Assembly (NCBI GenBank): GCA_040384945.1
Contig: JAZKII010000058.1
Span: forward strand, 1 to 61,242
Direction of reading: 5' to 3'
DNA from: Pseudomonadota bacterium
GTDB taxonomy: Bacteria; Pseudomonadota; Alphaproteobacteria; Rickettsiales; UBA1997
Length of the DNA: 61,242 nt
How positions within the stretch are numbered: position 1 is the first letter of the stretch; each line of letters starts with the position of its first letter. Positions 21,101-27,398 of the stretch are shown piece by piece. Under the pieces are notes generated by a model that ran no database searches, was not told where the DNA came from, and was given only the letters and a program-made list of their open reading frames with translations. A program made the position numbers and the translations under genes.

Positions 21101-22057
21101 ATCAAATTGTCTGATTTATTAGCTAATGATTCTGACATTGAAGATGGCGCTGCAATTCAAAATCTAACTTTAGATAAGTTTGTATTTAGCAATCCGGCCA
21201 AAGGAAAAATTGTTAAAGATGTTGTAAACAATGTTATTATTTACACTCCCAACAAAGATTATAACGGTGCCGATTCTCTAACCTATCAGATCAAAGACAG
21301 CAATGGCGCTCTTTCTAACAAATCTACCATTAGCCTGACTATTAATTCTGTTAATGATGCACCGGTTATCTCCACTAAATTAACCGACAAATCAGTTAAA
21401 GCCGGCAACTTGTTTAATTACACCTTGCCGACAAATTCATTTATCGATGCTGATAAAGATGCTTTAACTTACAGTGCTAAATTAGCTGATGGTTCTGATC
21501 TTCCTTCCTGGTTAAAATTTGATTATGTCACCAAAACATTTAGCGGAATTTCTCCTTCCGGAGTTGCTTCACTTTTATCAATCAAAGTAATAGCTAGTGA
21601 CGGATCTTTGGATGCTTCGCAAAGTTTTTCTTTAAACATTACCAGCAATGTAATTAACGGAACTGTCAAAAATGAGACCCTTAATGGCACTGCATTAAAT
21701 GATGAAATTTACGGCAATGACGGAATTGACAACATCAAAGGCAATGCCGGAAATGACTTAATAATTGGTGGAAAGGGTGCAGATGTTCTTCTTGGCGGAG
21801 CTGGAAATGATCAATTCATCTTTAAGAATCTAACCGATTCAACCATCAATGAAAGTGACCTCATTTTAGATTTCATTAAAGGCGAAGATAAAATCAATTT
21901 ATCTGGTCTGGGATTTCATGATATTGGCGGCAGTTCTGAACTTAGTTTGGCATATTACTTCGATGGCAAAAATACTGTGATTGACGATCCTAATTCAAAC
22001 TTCGCCGTGAAACTTGCTGGTGAAATCAGCTTGGATCACAATGATTTTGCTTTTTGA
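9200..22057 (+). CDS. Giant (4285 aa) T1SS-type RTX / cadherin-like repeat protein with an embedded subtilisin (S8) plus P-domain module
   Basis: - Many GGxGxDxUx nonapeptide blocks, for example GGAGSDSLQGGAGDDILI and GGAGNDVIMEGGGNDEVDGGDGYD.
- S8 motifs HATTVAGVIAA and GTSFSAPIISGVVALML, followed by a P-domain-like DGDWKLQITD..WQLKFYG (nt about 12035-13385).
- A coiled-coil region at about 13600-14130.
- More than 12 repeats of about 100 aa of the type NEDT..LDVL..DSDVDGD..YTP..NYNGSD.F.Y.I.D..G...VNDAP.
- SWLSF dystroglycan-type repeats.
- A C-terminal RTX block ending in DHNDFAF. Confidence 0.9.
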   Translation: MSTTINKSTLDQAQSLLNQGKVHEAWQTLAESGDNYALNAAKITDKNNDSFAKTLVQETWENTVGMAQYNEKFDAVAKQHLDNYLTSIRKINEKLPPENDLFVLPSTTNIEASYKKALESNGISTKAAIDGIINTVVSGADGLLGWTNWLDLFDGKWSNDYDIEDSRISDPYLKTDYSRFEAVEKIVTIGTESIYDESLDYVKGYLDNLYGDSQSLLHNLLSKQIEDQQSNLTSEQIDNSQLNLEINTNQTSGFAGSNDLTQTGNVIGDADWRALMKIDVVNGDGFKNIAMASMVSDYYRPGNQEISTYQNFAKDYGQQISNLDNIVYNNSQTSQNLFNNNTQLNVNLSNLTNNAIGARTFVNIDPVVLDLNGDGVKLTSYNDSEVTFDVDNDGMSERTGWVSNQDGILVDDVNHDGKINNITETISEYYNTKDGSVADADGKYSSDGLAALKKLDSNHDSKFNSSDAKWSDLRIWQDANGDGVTDAGELKTLNEAGIKEFDLSAITQASKERNAGNIIFSKTTYTTTDNQTKQVAAVDFTTNPIGYEFNDVNLGKLATSEDGTKSLVIGDVNGAIVTASQDTAQNIFGNIGNDTIIGDARDNWISGGAGSDSLQGGAGDDILIIDSEDKQQNIDGGDGRDVVIINSNQGVSFNLAQSHIETAVGGNGDDVLIGGGTSNVFIDGGSGDDIIIGGAADDALAGGDGDDYLDGGYGDDIIRGHRGNDVLIGGIGNDYLEGGLDDDKVFGGAGNDVIMEGGGNDEVDGGDGYDLVKYNGSYKDYKISRDGVNYKVQDLTTGNIDSIKNIEGVRFNDVTIKLIDGNISPLPVADVIQIQNKSDTIFISKDDLLKNDLDVEGDALTIISATNSTGGFAELVKDAGGNVLGVRFTPDKSFIGNMSFDYDVKDSKGAYTIITQQNNDGTSVAAAMKARVTFKLASDPTDDLYAKQWYLSEINIQKAWQDYTGSGVKIGVFEQGDFNVNHTELDGNTLQSYKDDVAFRQVEQFSQHATTVAGVIAAERNGTGIVGVAYDAKLEGYSWNADATGLANLKNVDIANNSWGAVGEFYDNFSDPNNLNSVYASLIEESVEQGRNGLGTINIFAGGNARASGDNVNYHNLQNSRFVITTGSINQPGDLATLTQASTPFSTPGDAILVSAPGSNISSTGNLLTNANGSTFLGEFSSNQGTSFSAPIISGVVALMLQANPNLGYRDVQKILALSARQFNDPNTTWQENGATNWNGGAMHFSHDYGFGEVDAAAAVRLAETWNEVSDSYNENSFSASDNFRTLLQDNGVITKQFTISNSNLHNIETVEVQVNLTDLDISDLTIKLISPSGTESILMDKPGSSVYQGGLSFNFSSRAFLGENVDGDWKLQITDSKTGDISYLNSWQLKFYGDLDDGTNDTYIYTDEFAKMIDGTRGIIIDSDGGIDTINAAAVSSDSIINLNAGQISNIAGKDVLITGGIKGEQYYQQQSLLPIKQAQLATVNSQIGVKNQALAADNTEFAGIDVAINAKYSEANAKYAEYQTAARNVANDWLSQNSFWTAYTDGSSSYYIYRNNSTGAQTTLPKNEAQQKINNYNGLITTQNQKASEYQSEVSQYNSLLTRRDALPNEISGLQNDIVTLTKQVSQLQSDINFINAYLNDFNDGKASMIENAYAGDGNDTIIGNDQDNKIWGGRGSNTETGGVGKDTFIIKQNAATQDVITDFKVGEDKIDLSDFKNLDLASLNLSQLANDVIISFESGQKIILQNLQVNQVSVDSFVGITGAVNVIDGTVGNDVLNGTARIDLIKAGAGNDTILGLLGDDYIDGGAGDDILLGGDGNDILIGGSGNNQLHGGKGNDIIDFGTGAESSLTDSVNYGFGEEGSDSFVISDKSIFLKHKYDVIVDFDVNDPNEKIDLSRIKGVDQYSDLQIFQNGADAYVAMNSNIFGYAELVKLENVNIASLNSSKFIITNEAPQAANDVASTNEDSSVIINLLSNDSDDKTSLKGSNLTIITNPIHGLLTINSDGTTTYKPNANFNGTDFFEYKIIDSGGLTSSKATVNLTVNPVNDAPVIVSIIADQKIYITKDINLKVDNFFTEVDGESLSYSVTLADGSNLPSWLSFNSQTLILSGQAPISASTFNVKITATDQSGFSNSETFKVTVDDSILFGTTGDDTLNGTENIDVINGDTGNDIINGLGGNDILYGAAGNDQISGGYGDDKLYGEDGDDILKGDVGKDLLDGGNGNDKLYSSGSGSDDTLTGGAGSDTFIIGNDIISNDVITDFNISDPNEKIDLSAFKDVATDISQLTMDQIGSDTKISFAGQSKTILVKNVSLSQLTVAKFIGLTDNKNSTGSLTINGTSGNDTLVGGSGDDIIKGNNGNDTIKGGLGSNLLTGGVGDDIFVISKNPGKTDVITDLEAFDSVQFDGFATGVKLSDFAYTENGNSVTFNLGEGQNLMFQNIKAADVLYYFSFISQTSLSDSSSVISYTGTAGNDKIVITTNSRNGDSINGGDGNDLISGNQKDDIIIGGKGNDILRGGDWCDIFQIDKNPGDKDTILDLAIKDMPDSIVLKGFSNTNLASYPAVQNGNDVVVDLGDGQTLTIKNFKVADVPYIASYSKDIYVSSNNVSGTDGDDLISRFDIGSSVKGTVIMNGGKGNDVLKGSNFDKDYFVIDKNSGDKDFVRSIDTSNGDKVIFRGFGDDILNQIKFLPSSDSYTLIMDLGDGQILRTYGVQQSSFSTYFDIEKPFLDATDGNDILKTGYLSVATIDGKAGDDIITGNDLGNNLSGGDGNDVINSGSGNDNIYGGDGNDVINDKGGNNIIEGGAGNDIINTGAGTDIINGGAGDDIINGGDGGDTINGGDGNDKLYSSGSGSNDILTGGLGSDIFVIGNDIISNDIITDFDVTDPNEKIDLSNFATSKNGFSTLAKISDLNITQVGNDAKINFSSASKTITIKNVKVSDLTADKFYLNNLPTATITSATINEDASTTIDVLSAASDLDNDVLSISAIGSASHGVATIVTDAQGKQKISYIPTVNYYGTDSFAYTISDGRGGTVTKTISVQINSVNDLPVVTLDSAITNEDTKVILDVLAYSSDVDGDTLSISSVTNGAHGQVLSFTDSDGKRKISYTPTTNYNGSDSFTYKISDGHGGIVTKTVSVNISAVNDVPTATLTSVTTNEDNATILDVLAFASDVDGDVLIISGVTAASHAAVSIINSSDGKQKISYIPQANYNGNDSFSYTISDGHGGEIVKTVTVNVISVNDVPIALITSAVTNEDTPTILDVLASASDVEGDILSITNVGTATHGFTAIFIDSDGYQKISYTPVENYNGLDYFTYKISDGHGGVVTKTVSVNVVSVNDAPTITKILSNVTTNEDSVFIIITADKISAAFADADVNDYLTYAITSVNGITTIPSWLSIDNNNGEITSNNPTNEDVGNYNIIITATDLSGLAISQSFFLTVNNVNDAPTASITSIATNEDNLVKIDVLSAASDIDASDILSLTSVTNGLHGTASIITDDNGNKVISYVPNANYNGSDIITYTISDNNGASVTKELTVTVSAVNDAPIIVSAAQNQTVQSGKAFTYTLSNNLFSDVDGDSLTIKATLADGSPLPSWLSFDGSKFSGTPNVSLATNFAIKLMATDPSGASISQNFGINVTNPNNAPIAKDDVFSMNEDASLTISFASILKNDSDVEDKTNIQKLTKDNIIFHNPGNGTITVTDSGIIYTPKANYNGSDSLTYQIKDSSGALSNMALINLTIKAVNDAPVAASDSFVTDEDTAITIKISDLLANDSDVEDGVNIQNTTFDKFVFTNPGKGVIVKDAVNGTITYTPNKNYNGSDVIYYQIKDSSGVLSNKAAINLTVNAVNDGPLAVNDVFATNEDTPLTITFASILKNDSDVEDGVNIKKLTKDNIVFGDSVNGTITITDTGIIYAPNKDFNGSDVITYQIKDSGGDLSNVASINLTIKAVNDIAVAGNDSFIADEDKPITIKLSDLLANDSDIEDGAAIQNLTLDKFVFSNPAKGKIVKDVVNNVIIYTPNKDYNGADSLTYQIKDSNGALSNKSTISLTINSVNDAPVISTKLTDKSVKAGNLFNYTLPTNSFIDADKDALTYSAKLADGSDLPSWLKFDYVTKTFSGISPSGVASLLSIKVIASDGSLDASQSFSLNITSNVINGTVKNETLNGTALNDEIYGNDGIDNIKGNAGNDLIIGGKGADVLLGGAGNDQFIFKNLTDSTINESDLILDFIKGEDKINLSGLGFHDIGGSSELSLAYYFDGKNTVIDDPNSNFAVKLAGEISLDHNDFAF

Positions 22058-22066
22058 AGATGAATT

Positions 22067-23326
22067 ATGAATTTTCTTCAGGTTCGTTTTTCATTTATAA
22101 TCTGTCTTACATTATTTACATATAATGATGTTTTGGCGACCAACTTGCGCGATGCCATTGATACTGCTCAAGTTAATAATCGTAATATAAAACTTGAGCA
22201 AATCAGGCTTAATTCGGTAAAGACTGAAAAAACCAGGGCAATTTCTGAGTTTCTACCAAATGTCAGTGCCAATGCCGGATATGGACAAAGAAACAGCTAT
22301 TATTCAGGTCAAACTTATGATCGTTCCACCAAACAAAAAACCGAAGAAATAAAACTGGAACAACCAATTTTTGATGGGTTGCATTCAGTTTCGAAATATC
22401 ATGAAGCTAACTATAAAATAAAATCTGGCAGTGCTAAAACTTCTGACAAAGTTCAAGAGGTTTCATTGGGCGCGGTGCAGAGTTATTGCAATCTTTTTCG
22501 CTATCAAGAACTCTCAAAAATTCATGAAGAAAATAAAGAACTTGGGTCTAAATTTCTGGCATTGGTAAGTCGCAGAAAAGAAGCCAGAATCATCGATCAA
22601 GCTGATATCATTAAATTTACTTACGAAGCATCTCTTACCGAAGAGAAATATCTCGATTCCTTAAATCGCCTCAACAAAGCCAAATTTGATTATCAAAATA
22701 TTATTGGCCAACTTGATGAAAACCTTATCACTCCCGAAATTACCGAAGAAGAATTTACCAAAGATAGAATTCTCGAATCAGCGTTGGCCAATAATCACAA
22801 TATAAAATCTTACCATTACAACTATCTTGCTTCCAAAGCTGCTTACAACGCCGAGCAATCAAACTTTTTGCCCAAAGTTTCATTGACTGCTTCAGCAAGT
22901 AAGCAGGAGAAAGTTGTTTACCTCAACAACCAAGATCTCAATCAACAATCAGTTTTCTTAAATCTTTCGGTGCCGATTTTTCAAAAGGGTGTGGAATATG
23001 CCAATGTCAGTAAAGCCGGATATGATCGCGATGCGGCAAAAGAAGAATTTGAAATCACCCGCGATAATGTCATCAAGGAAGTTAATCAGGCGCTGGAAGA
23101 ATATCGCTTTTTTTCCGAGATGAATAAAAGCAACAAAAAGCTTTTCGAGCTGGCTAAAAATCGTGCTGATATTTTTATCGCCAGATCAAATTTAAAAGTT
23201 GAAGATCCAATCGAAGTAATACGCGCCAAGATCGAAGCCAATGACAGAAAAATAAATTATATCGATTCCCAAATGGATTTGGTTATCGTTCACTACAAGA
23301 TCAAATATTTTTTGGGAGAAATATGA
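22067..23326 (+). CDS. tolC: TolC-family type I secretion outer-membrane protein
   Basis: Signal peptide, then LRDAIDTAQVNNRNIKLEQIRL. The protein is 419 aa with two internally similar halves. It lies immediately downstream of the RTX gene and upstream of the ABC/MFP genes. Confidence 0.8.
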   Translation: MNFLQVRFSFIICLTLFTYNDVLATNLRDAIDTAQVNNRNIKLEQIRLNSVKTEKTRAISEFLPNVSANAGYGQRNSYYSGQTYDRSTKQKTEEIKLEQPIFDGLHSVSKYHEANYKIKSGSAKTSDKVQEVSLGAVQSYCNLFRYQELSKIHEENKELGSKFLALVSRRKEARIIDQADIIKFTYEASLTEEKYLDSLNRLNKAKFDYQNIIGQLDENLITPEITEEEFTKDRILESALANNHNIKSYHYNYLASKAAYNAEQSNFLPKVSLTASASKQEKVVYLNNQDLNQQSVFLNLSVPIFQKGVEYANVSKAGYDRDAAKEEFEITRDNVIKEVNQALEEYRFFSEMNKSNKKLFELAKNRADIFIARSNLKVEDPIEVIRAKIEANDRKINYIDSQMDLVIVHYKIKYFLGEI

Positions 23327-23331
23327 GAAAT

Positions 23332-23362
23332 AAGGGAATAGGGAATAGGGGGTAGGAAATAG
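23332..23362. repeat. Array of 4 GGGAATA-type heptamers upstream of the four-helix-bundle gene
   Basis: aagggaatagggaatagggggtaggaaatag is complementary in register to the C-rich array at 23730-23762. Confidence 0.8.
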
Positions 23363-23363
23363 T

Positions 23364-23720
23364 ATGGCTATAGAAAGGTTTGAGGATATTAAGGCTTGGC
23401 AGAAGGCTCAGGATTTGGCTGTGGATGTTTATTTTATATTCGGAAAAATAAAAGATTTTGGATTTAGAGATCAAATTTGTCGTGCAGTAGTTTCGGTATC
23501 AAGCAATATAGCAGAAGGATTTAGCCGTAGTAGTAATGCCGATTTTGTTCGTTTCCTTTACATAGCAATTGCTTCCTGCAATGAAGTAAGATCATTGCTT
23601 TATCTGGCTCAAAGACTTGATTATTTACCACCAGAAAGAAAAGACTATTTAACAAAAAATGCAGACGAAGTGGCAAAAATTATCAAAGGATTGATAAAAT
23701 CAATGACAAAAAAATCATGA
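23364..23720 (+). CDS. Four-helix-bundle protein (23S rRNA intervening-sequence protein / Avd-like family)
   Basis: 118 aa with FEDIKAWQKAQDLAVDVY..FRDQICRAVVSVSSNIAEGFSR.S..DFVRFLYIA.AS..E....L.LA. This is the classic pattern of this family. Confidence 0.8.
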   Translation: MAIERFEDIKAWQKAQDLAVDVYFIFGKIKDFGFRDQICRAVVSVSSNIAEGFSRSSNADFVRFLYIAIASCNEVRSLLYLAQRLDYLPPERKDYLTKNADEVAKIIKGLIKSMTKKS

Positions 23721-25417
23721 CCAAACCAACCTATCCCCTATCTCCTATTCCCTATTTCCTAGCATGCTGCAAGCGTGCTTTCTACTTTTGTCTGCTATTT
23801 AGTTTTTTTATCAGCATTTTTACTCTCGCTTCTTCAGTTTATTCGATGCAGGTTTTGGATCGGGTTTTGAGTAGTAATAGTTTTGAAACGCTGCTTTATC
23901 TCACCATTATTGTTTTGGCCTTTTTGATTTTTCTGGGAATTTTAACTCAAGTTCGATCAACAATATTTTTACATATTTCCAATTGGCTCGATGAAAAATT
24001 GTCGCCGGTTTTATTCAATAGCAGCATCGAAGCGCAAGGCTCAAATAAAAATATCAGCAGCCAAAATATGCGCGATTTACAAACCATTAAAGGCTTTATT
24101 TCCGGTCCCAATCTGGCAGTGTTGTTTGATGCGCCTTTTGCGATTGTTTACTTTCTCATGATTTTTTTCATTCACTGGATCAACGGATTAATTACTTTAG
24201 TTGGTGGATTGGTAATGTTAAAAATGGCTTACATTAACGAAAAAACCACCAAGGAATTGATTGATAAAACTAACCAAATGCAGTCTGAAGTGCTGCGGGA
24301 TTTTGAGATTATTTCTTCCAATTCTGAAGTGATTAATGCGATGGGAATGAAAGGAAATGTGCGCGGAAATTGGCAGGCTGGTAATGATGAATTGCGCAAA
24401 GCTTCAGCGGATTTGGCCACTCTTACCAATCGAATTTCTACAATTTCCAAAACACTTAGAATGGCGCTGCAAACTTTAACAATGGCCTCAAGTGCAATTT
24501 TAGTGATGTTTAACAAAATGTCTTCCGGTGGAATTATCGCCACTTCAATTTTAGCCGGTAAAGCGCTGGCGCCATTTGATAATGCTATTGGACTTTGGAA
24601 ATCATTTAAAACAACCAAAGCCGCTTATCTGCGTTTGAATGAATCGCTAAAAAATTATGTTGAAGATAAAGGGAAAATAGAACTCCCAATTCCAACGGGA
24701 GAAATTGTGGTTGAGAAGTTGATCTATAAAATTCCCAACTCCGATCGCCTTCTCATCAAAGGCGTTTCTTTCAAGATTAATCCGAGTGAAGTAATCGGAA
24801 TTATTGGTCCAACCGGCAGCGGGAAAACTACTTTAGCCCGGCTTTTAGTTGGTGTTTTAAAGCCTAGTTCAGGAATTGTAAAAATTGATGGCGCCAATCT
24901 TTTTGATCAGGATTTAGAAAAAACCGGCAAACATATCGGCTATTTGCCGCAAGATGTTGAGTTGTTTAAAGGCTTGGTAAAACATAATATCGCCAGAATG
25001 AATAAAGAAGCCCAAGCCGAAGAAATCATCAAAGCCGCAAAATTTTGCGATGTTCATGAAATTATTTTATCACTATCGCAAGGCTACGAAACAGTGATTG
25101 AAAAAGATGCTGCAAATTTATCGGCGGGACAAAAGCAAAGAATTGCTTTGGCTCGTGCTTATTTTGGCGATGTAAAATTTGTGGTTCTTGACGAGCCAAA
25201 TTCCAACCTTGATGCGGAAGGAGAAAATGCTTTAAATAATGCAATTCTTCGCGCCAAAGAAAATGCCATCACAACTGTTATAATTACTCACCGTACTTCA
25301 GCAATTTCAATATGCGATAAAGTGATGCTGTTAAAAGATGGCGAAGTAAAAGCATTTGATAATGCGGATAAGATTTTAGGAAAATCATCGCAAGCAGCTT
25401 TGGGAGTAGGGGCATGA
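23717..25417 (+). CDS. Type I secretion ABC transporter, PrtD/AprD-like (no N-terminal C39/CLD domain)
   Basis: SMQVLDRVLSSNSFETL lies in TM1. Walker A GPTGSGKTT, signature LSAGQKQRIALARA and Walker B VVLDEPNSNLD are present. It is 566 aa and shares a 4-nt ATGA overlap with the previous gene. Confidence 0.9.
   Translation: MTKPTYPLSPIPYFLACCKRAFYFCLLFSFFISIFTLASSVYSMQVLDRVLSSNSFETLLYLTIIVLAFLIFLGILTQVRSTIFLHISNWLDEKLSPVLFNSSIEAQGSNKNISSQNMRDLQTIKGFISGPNLAVLFDAPFAIVYFLMIFFIHWINGLITLVGGLVMLKMAYINEKTTKELIDKTNQMQSEVLRDFEIISSNSEVINAMGMKGNVRGNWQAGNDELRKASADLATLTNRISTISKTLRMALQTLTMASSAILVMFNKMSSGGIIATSILAGKALAPFDNAIGLWKSFKTTKAAYLRLNESLKNYVEDKGKIELPIPTGEIVVEKLIYKIPNSDRLLIKGVSFKINPSEVIGIIGPTGSGKTTLARLLVGVLKPSSGIVKIDGANLFDQDLEKTGKHIGYLPQDVELFKGLVKHNIARMNKEAQAEEIIKAAKFCDVHEIILSLSQGYETVIEKDAANLSAGQKQRIALARAYFGDVKFVVLDEPNSNLDAEGENALNNAILRAKENAITTVIITHRTSAISICDKVMLLKDGEVKAFDNADKILGKSSQAALGVGA
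23730..23762. repeat. Array of 4 TATYCCC-type heptamers, the inverted partner of 23332-23362, inside the ABC gene 5' end
   Basis: cctatcccctatctcctattccctatttcctag is translated as YPLSPIPYFL at the N-terminus of the ABC transporter. Confidence 0.8.
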
Positions 25418-26652
25418 AGATAGGAAAAATCGAATCAAAAATTGCGGAAAATTCTATTAATTACGGAGTTAAATCCCTGATTCTTTTTGCGGTAATTTTT
25501 CTGGGCTGGGCGGCGTTTTTACCAATTCAATCTGCTTCAATTGCGGATGGTGTTATTGTGCTCGATTTCAATCGCAAAAACATTCAGCATTTGGAAGGTG
25601 GCATCATTGATCAGATTCTGGTTAAAGAAGGACATATTGTAAATGAGGGAGATGTTTTGCTTTATCTTCACGACATCAGAGCCAAAACCGAGCAGCAGAT
25701 TTTAAAAGAAAGATTGTGGGCGATGCAGCTACAAAAAGAGCGCCTCGAAGCTGAAAAAGAAAATAAACAAAATTTGAATCTGGAGAATTTTTTCTCGGAA
25801 GTCGGGGAATTGGCGCAAGATGATAATTCCAAATTGCAGGAAATTGCCGCGAATCAATTAAGGCTTTTCAAATCAAGAAGTGGTAAGAGAAAAGGGGAAA
25901 TAAAAGTTTTGGAGAAGAAGCTGAAATCAGCGGAAACGAGGTTAAGGCTTTTTCAAACAGAACTCAGCTTAATCAAACCGCTGGTTGAGGAAAATAATTT
26001 ACCGATTTTGCGGGAATTGGATTTGCAGAAATCAATCGCTCAAGCCGAAGAAGAAGCTGAAACAGCAAAATTGCAAATCGCCAATTACCAAAATAGCGAT
26101 TTGTCGGATACTCTAAAAGAAATCAAAGAAAGCGATATGGAAATCGTTGGTCTTTATAACCAACTTGCAGCCTCAAAAGATGTTTTAAAAAGATCAGCAA
26201 TTAAATCTCCGGTGTCGGGAAAGGTGATGAATATTAAATATCACACGATTGGCGCCGTTGTTCCTCCGGGCGGCGAAATTATGAATATCGTTCCGCAACA
26301 TGAAGAGCTAATTATTGAAGCCAAAATAAAGCCTCAAGACATTGATAATGTTGTCGTGGGAATGAAATCAAAAATTCAACTTACTGCTTATAAAGGCAAA
26401 AAAGTTCCAAAAATTAATGGCGAAGTAATTAATGTTGCGCCAGATATTTTAACCAACGAACAGACCAGAGAATCTTATTTCTTAGCCAGAGTCTCCATCA
26501 GCAAAAAAGACATCGAAAAACTCAAAAGCAAAGTTGAACTTTACCCTGGAATGCCCGCGCAAGTCTTCATCATAACCGGATCGCGGTCTCTAGTTTCTTA
26601 CATGTTTACACCAATTTCAGATTCAGCTTATAAGGCGTTTAGGGAAGAATAA
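25414..26652 (+). CDS. HlyD-family type I secretion membrane fusion protein
   Basis: One N-terminal TM helix, then DGVIVLDFNRKNIQHLEGGII..ILVKEGHIVNEGDVLL (lipoyl-like block). A long coiled coil follows, then a C-terminal beta domain with PGMPAQVFI. It overlaps the ABC gene by 4 nt. Confidence 0.9.
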   Translation: MKIGKIESKIAENSINYGVKSLILFAVIFLGWAAFLPIQSASIADGVIVLDFNRKNIQHLEGGIIDQILVKEGHIVNEGDVLLYLHDIRAKTEQQILKERLWAMQLQKERLEAEKENKQNLNLENFFSEVGELAQDDNSKLQEIAANQLRLFKSRSGKRKGEIKVLEKKLKSAETRLRLFQTELSLIKPLVEENNLPILRELDLQKSIAQAEEEAETAKLQIANYQNSDLSDTLKEIKESDMEIVGLYNQLAASKDVLKRSAIKSPVSGKVMNIKYHTIGAVVPPGGEIMNIVPQHEELIIEAKIKPQDIDNVVVGMKSKIQLTAYKGKKVPKINGEVINVAPDILTNEQTRESYFLARVSISKKDIEKLKSKVELYPGMPAQVFIITGSRSLVSYMFTPISDSAYKAFREE

Positions 26653-26757
26653 TCGCAGCACTTTAAAAGCAAAATTGCGCGAACTTATTGAAATGAAAAA
26701 AATTAAAACTGAAGTGTGGTTTATGAAATTTTTTAGAAAAAATTAAAATATAAAATT

Positions 26758-26932
26758 ATGCAAATCATCTGCAAAGCCAGTTACCAAGATTTAGATTCTA
26801 TTGTAAAAATTTGTTCTGCATCCAAATTATAATCGGATTTCAGTAAATTTTCATGAGAAAAATGGTTTTATGAAAATGGCTGAGTTGAAAGAAACCGACA
26901 GGATGGTTGGGGTATTTGTAAAAAAATTATGA
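26758..26932 (+). pseudogene. Internally deleted GNAT acetyltransferase remnant
   Basis: A GNAT-like N-terminus MQIICKASYQDLDSIVKICSASKL runs into a stop. A GNAT-like C-terminus NRISVNFHEKNGFMKMAELKE..VGVFVKKL follows. The core is missing. Confidence 0.5.
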
Positions 26933-26990
26933 GAAAAAAAAGGTGTCAAATCTCATCACAGTAGAAGAGCTCTATGGTCTCGAAATTTTT

Positions 26991-27243
26991 TAATGCGAAG
27001 AAATATCCGCTGAACCAAATCCTTGAACATCAAGCTTGGCATGGGTTGGTAAAAATTTTACGCAGGCTTCAAAAATTTCTACGCGATTTTCTCTTTTTAA
27101 CATTTCATCAAGTTTTGCTGTCACTTTTATTTGTGGGAGTAGCAATTGTGATGCCGGTGATTTTGACTTATACCGCTTTTTCTTATCATGTATTTCGCGG
27201 GAAGTCTTCGCATGAGAATTTGTATTAGAGTGTGATTCAAACC
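26991..27243. pseudogene. Chimeric scar: copy of the rnd 3' end (26991-27119, antisense) fused to a copy of the cydB 3' end (27117-27243)
   Basis: 26991-27119 aligns to 35620-35748 with 9 mismatches in 129 nt. 27117-27243 aligns to 7824-7950 with 8 mismatches in 127 nt, all synonymous. The junction shows gct microhomology. Confidence 0.9.
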
Positions 27244-27295
27244 TGTGAAAAAAGGTTCTGACATTGATTTAAATAAAGAATTGTCGGAGTGTCGA

Positions 27296-27319
27296 GATTT
27301 GACAACTTTTCACCTTTTT
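27296..27319. repeat. Left 24-bp inverted repeat flanking the ankyrin gene
   Basis: The reverse complement of gatttgacaacttttcaccttttt matches 28423-28446 at 23 of 24 positions. Confidence 0.85.
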
Positions 27320-27398
27320 TGGCCGCGCGATTTACGACAAAAAAATTGCTACAGCAGATTTGGTAACTCTTTAAGAAAATTTTAACTAAATTTTTACA

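Larger units (their letters stand above)
7951..26990. other. Accessory island 1 (RTX protein plus T1SS), between the cydB 3' end and a copied rnd 3' fragment
   Basis: Bounded on the left by the true cydB end (7824-7950). Bounded on the right by the rnd'/cydB' scar (26991-27243). It contains gene remnants at both edges. Confidence 0.6.

Noticed and set aside
23364-23720. Interpreting the four-helix-bundle gene as evidence of a nearby 23S rRNA gene with an intervening sequence
   Set aside because: There is no rRNA-like sequence anywhere in the window, and protein-coding T1SS genes flank the gene on both sides.
26974-27228. 84-aa ORF that looks like a small membrane protein
   Set aside because: It is a chimera. 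Its first part is the antisense of a copied rnd 3' fragment, and its last 36 codons are a copy of the cydB C-terminus. I treat it as a recombination scar, not a gene.
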